Part shown: positions 59,677-63,410 of the stretch, one piece after another | Layout of the letters: each line of letters opens with the position of its first letter | Position numbering within the stretch: the first letter of the stretch is position 1 | Source of the DNA: a virus | Length of the DNA stretch: 63,410 bases | Direction: 5' to 3' (one strand) | IMG/VR virus record: IMGVR_UViG_3300012363_000003 | Span: 1 to 63,410 of that record | The notes under the pieces: generated by a model | What the model was told of the DNA's origin: nothing | Databases searched by the model: none | What the model saw: the letters and a program-made list of their open reading frames with translations, nothing else | Made by a program: the position numbers and the translations under genes

Positions 59677-59943
59677 ATGCAAATCACAGTAACACAACTC
59701 GCCATTGTAGGCCCTACCATTAGGGAAGTCACCAAGGTACACTCCACGCGGCTTTTCACGTCGGAGATGAACACAGCCTGCCACTCGCACTATGTTTTCC
59801 TGAACATTCAAGCCGAGGTGAACAGGTCTCTCAATTTGGCAGGGATAAGTTGGGACTATATCACGGATGAGGTGGACTGTACGGACATCATATGCGCTCA
59901 GATGCGGGCGGATGGCTATACCGAATGCGTGGATTGTCTGTAA
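59677..59943 (+). CDS. Hypothetical protein (88 aa)
   Basis: ORF in the array. Confidence 0.5.
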   Translation: MQITVTQLAIVGPTIREVTKVHSTRLFTSEMNTACHSHYVFLNIQAEVNRSLNLAGISWDYITDEVDCTDIICAQMRADGYTECVDCL

Positions 59944-59993
59944 ATCTGGAGGGAGTTTCGGGTAGGCTTGGGTAGCCGGAAAAGAGGGGGGCT

Positions 59994-60386
59994 ATGAGCA
60001 GTTACCTTTATGATGCTGTATATGAGGAGGCAGCGATGAACTTGATGGCCCTTTTGGAAGCCCCCACATGGAACCCAACACTTTTTACTGGTGCTTTGGT
60101 GGCTGCTGGATATCGTCCATACTATCTGCGCTCGACAAGCAAGATTGTGTGGGCAACTTCAATGGAAGATGTAGCGGCCAGATTTAGCGGTGCGGTGCTG
60201 CTGAGGATGGAAAAAGGAACCAGGGTCAATGCGGATGATATTGTCCTGGTTGCTAAGGATGATGTGCCGGGTGATCCCAGCGAACGCGTTGGGGTGCCTA
60301 TTACTATTGTTGCTAAGAAAACCCCTGAGTACAAGCGGCTGGAGTTTGCTCGTTGGTTGTATACACAGGGGCGTATTGGTGGATAG
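59994..60386 (+). CDS. Hypothetical protein (130 aa)
   Basis: ORF in the array. Confidence 0.5.
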   Translation: MSSYLYDAVYEEAAMNLMALLEAPTWNPTLFTGALVAAGYRPYYLRSTSKIVWATSMEDVAARFSGAVLLRMEKGTRVNADDIVLVAKDDVPGDPSERVGVPITIVAKKTPEYKRLEFARWLYTQGRIGG

Positions 60387-60423
60387 CCTGTAGTGGGCTG
60401 ATTAAAGAAAGGGAACCGAGAGA

Positions 60424-60966
60424 ATGTGTATTGATGTGAGTATTGAGCAGTACCGTAATGGCTGGCGTGACTATACCGTTGTGGCAGAGTACACTCACAC
60501 GGAGACGGGTAAGGAAGCGATCATTGCGAAGAGTCCGGCTGGGCACCTCTTCAACACGTACAACGCTAAAGGCTCCAGCTACCAGGGCTTCTGGAACTAC
60601 GGTGAGACGCCTGAAGAGTTGATGCGCCGGGCACACGAGGCCATGACCGAGCGTGGGTTCATCCTCAAAGGTGAAGTTCTCAAGTCCGATGCGTCTGCCC
60701 TGGTTACGGTGCAAGGTCGTACCCTGGACGAGTGGGAAGAGCAGGGCCGCATAAACGCCACCCTCCTGCCTGAAGAGCGTATCCATCCAGTACTGTCCAC
60801 TGTTGAGACCGAGGACGAGAAGTTGGCCTATGTTGCCAGCATGACCCCGATGGAAGCTGCACTGGCGATGGGCGTGGCTGGCTTCGAGGCACAGGCAGAA
60901 GTCACGAAGAAGACTCGCGCCTCCCGCCCCCGCCGACAACGCGCTTTGGTCTCGAACTTGCAGTAG
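60424..60966 (+). CDS. Hypothetical protein (180 aa)
   Basis: ORF in the array. Its 3' end converges on and overlaps the minus-strand gene by 65 nt. Confidence 0.5.
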   Translation: MCIDVSIEQYRNGWRDYTVVAEYTHTETGKEAIIAKSPAGHLFNTYNAKGSSYQGFWNYGETPEELMRRAHEAMTERGFILKGEVLKSDASALVTVQGRTLDEWEEQGRINATLLPEERIHPVLSTVETEDEKLAYVASMTPMEAALAMGVAGFEAQAEVTKKTRASRPRRQRALVSNLQ

Positions 60967-61456
60967 GCAGTCCTCGACCGCCGGATGCAGGCTTAGATGG
61001 GCGTTCGCTGAGACCCATTAAGAAGCGTTTCAGGTCAGCAGTCTCGGGGTCCTCATCGGCCTTCCTGCCTGCTGTCCTGGCCTTGCGAGTGACCGAGAGT
61101 TGATCTGCTAGCCCACGGAAATTGACTGCTGGGTGTTGCCTGGCCTGAGAAATTACGCGCCCGGTATCAAGCTCCTCCGCGATAATCCTAAGCCATTTTA
61201 TGTATTCTAATGCCATGAGGTGCAGGAGTATATAGTCTGTCGGCACCAGATCGGGATATTGATCTTTGTAGGCTGCCAAAAAGTAGTCGAACAGGTCACG
61301 CTCCAGGTCCGTCATCGTCATCTCTGGAAGTGGGGGCATGACGAGCTTCTCTGGTCTGCCTACGGGTCTCGGTTTCGGCTGCTGGGCTACCGTGAGTGGC
61401 CGCGCCTGAAGAGTCTGTGTATAGTGGTCTGCGTCTGAGTGAGGAGGGGTTGTCAT
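60902..61456 (-). CDS. Lone minus-strand gene, small-terminase-like (184 aa), low confidence
   Basis: The helical core LFDYFLAAYKDQYPDLVPTDYILLHLMALEYIKWLRI and HPAVNFRGLADQLSVTRKART is reminiscent of TerS proteins. The termini are basic or disordered. Confidence 0.3.
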   Translation of the reverse strand: MTTPPHSDADHYTQTLQARPLTVAQQPKPRPVGRPEKLVMPPLPEMTMTDLERDLFDYFLAAYKDQYPDLVPTDYILLHLMALEYIKWLRIIAEELDTGRVISQARQHPAVNFRGLADQLSVTRKARTAGRKADEDPETADLKRFLMGLSERPSKPASGGRGLPTASSRPKRVVGGGGRRESSS

Positions 61457-61712
61457 GAAGTCTATTCCTGGAAGAAAGATACTCGTCAGGTCTGCGGGAT
61501 ACCGTATAGGTAAGTCACAGGCTGAACGAGAGCACTACTACAATGTTGCGGTAGAGGGGGTGAACTTTGCCGAGATTTTTATTGATGAGCTTATCCCGGA
61601 GGCAGAGGCCGGGTATGCTAAGGGTCTTGCATTCCAGCGTGAGAAATACGCAGAACAGGCACGGGCGAATGCTAAGCGACAGATAGAGAGGTACGGACGT
61701 GTCATATCCTAA
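61455..61712 (+). CDS. Hypothetical protein (85 aa)
   Basis: Its start codon overlaps the divergent start at 61456 by 2 nt. Confidence 0.45.
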   Translation: MKSIPGRKILVRSAGYRIGKSQAEREHYYNVAVEGVNFAEIFIDELIPEAEAGYAKGLAFQREKYAEQARANAKRQIERYGRVIS

Positions 61713-61971
61713 TATTGGTATGAGAGGCATCATTCCAGGCGACCCGGAGTGGACTGCCTCAGTGATTGAGAAGTTGCTGCGTGACGGGCACCACATCTAC
61801 TTCGAGGATAATGTAGGGCCGTTGGGTAGGGCAGAGTTTAAGGATGGGTTGTTCAAATTTATACGCGACCCTCTCAATACTGGCGGTCTTGAGGATATTG
61901 TGGCAAAGGAGACTGACTCGTTCCTTGAGTTCGCAGCATGGGCAGCCTTCTACGGGCGGGACTTCCTATGA
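61699..61971 (+). CDS. Hypothetical protein (90 aa, GTG start)
   Basis: GAGAGG lies 7 nt upstream. Confidence 0.45.
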   Translation: MSYPNIGMRGIIPGDPEWTASVIEKLLRDGHHIYFEDNVGPLGRAEFKDGLFKFIRDPLNTGGLEDIVAKETDSFLEFAAWAAFYGRDFL

Positions 61972-62156
61972 AAATGATCCAGGTAAGTAGGAACCTCTTT
62001 GTTACCGCACGCCCATCAGTCTACGGAGATGCCATTGAGCTTCAGAGTTATGGTGAGATAGTGGTAATTGACCGCGTGGACATACCCAGGCTGATCGAGG
62101 TCCTGGCAGCGCACATTCAAAAGTCAGAGGATAAGTCACTCAGACCAAAGTGCTAA
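61968..62156 (+). CDS. Hypothetical protein (62 aa)
   Basis: ATGA overlap with the previous stop. Confidence 0.45.
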   Translation: MKMIQVSRNLFVTARPSVYGDAIELQSYGEIVVIDRVDIPRLIEVLAAHIQKSEDKSLRPKC

Positions 62157-62221
62157 TCACCCCTCTTTAAGTATAGCACATATTGCCTGGTACTTTATGG
62201 CTATCAAACTAGAAAGTGTAC

Positions 62222-62250
62222 TTGACAGGGTTCAAAAAATAGTGCATACT
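62222..62250 (+). promoter_or_regulatory. Sigma70-like promoter of the ncRNA operon
   Basis: TTGACA, 17-nt spacer, CATACT. Confidence 0.55.
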
Positions 62251-62256
62251 CTCTGT

Positions 62257-62367
62257 AGACCCGGAAGATCGGGAGGGCGGGGGGAGTCCGGGCAGGGGGA
62301 GGTAAATCTGGTGAAGCCTTCGAGGGTCGGGCGCTTTCATCCAGTCGATGCCACCCCCTTATTTCTT
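62257..62367 (+). ncRNA. G-rich structured leader RNA
   Basis: Five G-runs at 62271-62302. Long-range pairing between GGGGGAGG (62295-62302) and CCACCCCC (62351-62358), with nested helices. No ORF. Confidence 0.4.
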
Positions 62368-62458
62368 GGGCACGTCGGGTTAGGCCAGGCCAATTAGTGC
62401 GACTGCGAAGCTCATGAGGCTTTTGGCGACGTGGGTTCGACTCCCACCGTGTCCACCA
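62368..62458 (+). ncRNA. Non-canonical 91-nt tRNA-like RNA with G3:U70, A73 and genomically encoded CCA
   Basis: Acceptor GGGCACG/CGTGTCC with a G3-T70 wobble. Perfect T arm GTGGG-TTCGACT-CCCAC. No D stem. The anticodon arm is replaced by GCCAA...TTGGC enclosing AAGC-TCATGAG-GCTT and a 14-nt bulge. Confidence 0.5.
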
Positions 62459-62525
62459 GACCACACGAGATAGGCTGACAACCTGTGGGGCTGTGGTCTA
62501 CGTGGGGGCTAGTCACCTCCACCGA

Positions 62526-62590
62526 CGCGAGGTAGAGGAGTGGTCGTCCTCGCCAGTTGGAGACCGTGGGTTCAAATCCCATCCTCGCTA
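62526..62590 (+). ncRNA. Truncated 65-nt tRNA-like RNA (acceptor, D arm, T arm; anticodon arm replaced by 14 nt)
   Basis: CGCGAGG-TA-GAGG-AGTGGTCGT-CCTC-GCCAGTTGGAGACC-GTGGG-TTCAAAT-CCCAT-CCTCGCT-A. The 1:72 pair is a C/T mismatch. Confidence 0.45.
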
Positions 62591-62593
62591 CTA

Positions 62594-62667
62594 CGAGACC
62601 GAAATATAGTTCCGGACGTGGGCCTACCGTTTGGGTAGTCTGAGAAGAAAGGTCCCGGTCTCGTTTT
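62594..62667 (+). terminator. Terminator-like long hairpin ending the ncRNA operon
   Basis: CGAGACCG (62594-62601) pairs with CGGTCTCG (62656-62663) and is followed by TTTT. There is an inner CTACC/GGTAG hairpin. Confidence 0.45.
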
Positions 62668-62684
62668 CATTTGGAGGGGGCAGT

Positions 62685-63334
62685 ATGCAGGAGTACACTA
62701 AAATACAGACCATTTTAAGCGGGATATGGCCGTGAAGGGAGCACCTGTCATCCTGGGAGCCTACACCATGCCAGAGTTCGAGTACCTGAAGGACAATGCA
62801 TGGGTCTTCACTGAGAAGGTAGATGGGACGAACGTGCGTGTGGCCTGGGATGGAGAGCAACGGATTTTTGGTGGTAGAACAGATAACGCGCAGATGCCAA
62901 CCTTCCTGCTCTCACACCTCCAACAGCTATTCCCGGATCGAGAGATGTTCGCCCAGCACTTTCCTCCCGTTGTTGGCTCACAGACCAATGTAATCCTTTT
63001 TGGTGAGGGCTACGGGGCCAGGATACAGAAGGGGGGCGGCAACTACATCCCGAACGGTGTGGGCTTTGTACTCTTCGACGTACTGGTGGGTGACTGGTGG
63101 CTGCGTAGGGAGGATGTGGAGGATGTTGCGGCTCACTTCGGCTTGAAGACGGTGCCCATCGTGGGTGAGGGTACATTGGCAACGGCGGTTGAGGTGGTGC
63201 GACGGGGGTTTGACTCGTGGTGGGGAAACTTTCCTGCTGAGGGTCTGGTGCTGCGGCCAAAGGTGGAGTTACGTACCAGGGCGGGGTACAGGCTCATCAC
63301 CAAGTTGAAGACCAGAGACTTTATCAGGTCTTGA
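62685..63334 (+). CDS. ATP-dependent RNA ligase family protein (KxDG nucleotidyltransferase), interrupted by a 1-nt frameshift in a T4 run at 62713-62716
   Basis: EKVDGTN lysine motif. ATG 62685 has RBS GGAGGGGG and encodes MQEYTKIQT. The track ORF (62726..63334) continues as FKRDMAVKG one frame over. One extra T would give KIQTIFKRD and a continuous 216-aa ORF. Confidence 0.65.
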
Positions 63335-63410
63335 CCGGGAGTACTCAGGGAGTAGCCTAGCGGTAAGGTGTCTGCATTGGAAGCAGAAGATCGGGGGTTC
63401 AAATCCTCCC
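63288..63410. repeat. Terminal overlap, exact copy of 1..123
   Basis: See the first feature. Confidence 0.95.
63346..63410 (+). tRNA. Same tRNA-Pro(UGG) as 59..130, truncated by the window end
   Basis: Identical sequence inside the terminal overlap. Confidence 0.9.

Noticed and set aside
62256-62300. CCCGGAAGATCGGG in the ncRNA leader resembles the GGAA-loop helix of SRP (4.5S) RNA.
   Set aside because: Only a short CCGGAAG match is present. The symmetric and asymmetric loop motifs and the overall hairpin of SRP RNA are missing.
62368-62458. The 3' end ...GGGTTCGACTCCCACCGTGTCCACCA looks like the end of a tmRNA (ssrA) gene, either phage-encoded or an attP fragment.
   Set aside because: The matching 5' acceptor strand lies only 84 nt upstream, so the whole element is 91 nt. 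It has no pseudoknots, no Ala-rich tag reading frame ending in a stop, and no permuted 5' piece downstream (GGGGCTGTGG at 62487 does not pair with CGTGTCC). I kept it as a tmRNA-TLD-like or tRNA-like RNA rather than calling it tmRNA. An att-fragment origin cannot be fully excluded.

Overview
The first 123 nt of the window are identical to the last 123 nt. The window is therefore one complete, circularly closed (or terminally redundant) dsDNA phage genome of 63,287 bp. It looks temperate and siphovirus-like.

Layout:
- A plus-strand early, replication and recombination arm runs from about 44.96 kb, through the junction, to 16.7 kb. It carries many small ORFs, a tyrosine integrase, a DUF932-like protein, an HhH-GPD glycosylase-like protein, an RNA ligase, tRNA-Pro, a Rad52-like annealase, a DnaB-like helicase, a family-A DNA polymerase, a primase, two endonuclease VII homologues, a Cas4-like nuclease, an FtsK-like ATPase and a GIY-YIG nuclease.
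- A minus-strand late operon runs from 42.68 kb down to 16.79 kb. In order it encodes TerL, portal, prohead protease, scaffold, major capsid, connectors, major tail, G/GT chaperones with a -1 slippery site, tape measure, tail tip and fibre proteins, a holin-like protein and two unusual terminal genes.
- The two arms converge on a bidirectional terminator at about 16.75 kb. They diverge from a 2.3-kb ORF-poor control region (42.7-44.95 kb).

Signals most worth a second look:
1. A promoter-to-terminator ncRNA operon (62.22-62.67 kb) holds two non-canonical tRNA-like RNAs, one with G3:U70 and an encoded CCA. It sits beside a frameshifted RNA ligase and tRNA-Pro, and a T4 Pnk-like kinase lies elsewhere in the genome.
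2. Two further truncated tRNA-like elements occur at 47352 and 54259. The second lies next to int and may be attP.
3. The 9-mer CCGATTAAT is strongly over-represented, with 18 exact copies.
4. A family of eight intergenic RNA hairpins shows compensatory changes.
5. A phased palindromic site array occurs at 58.65 kb.

All product names come from motif recognition by eye. No database search or folding program was run.
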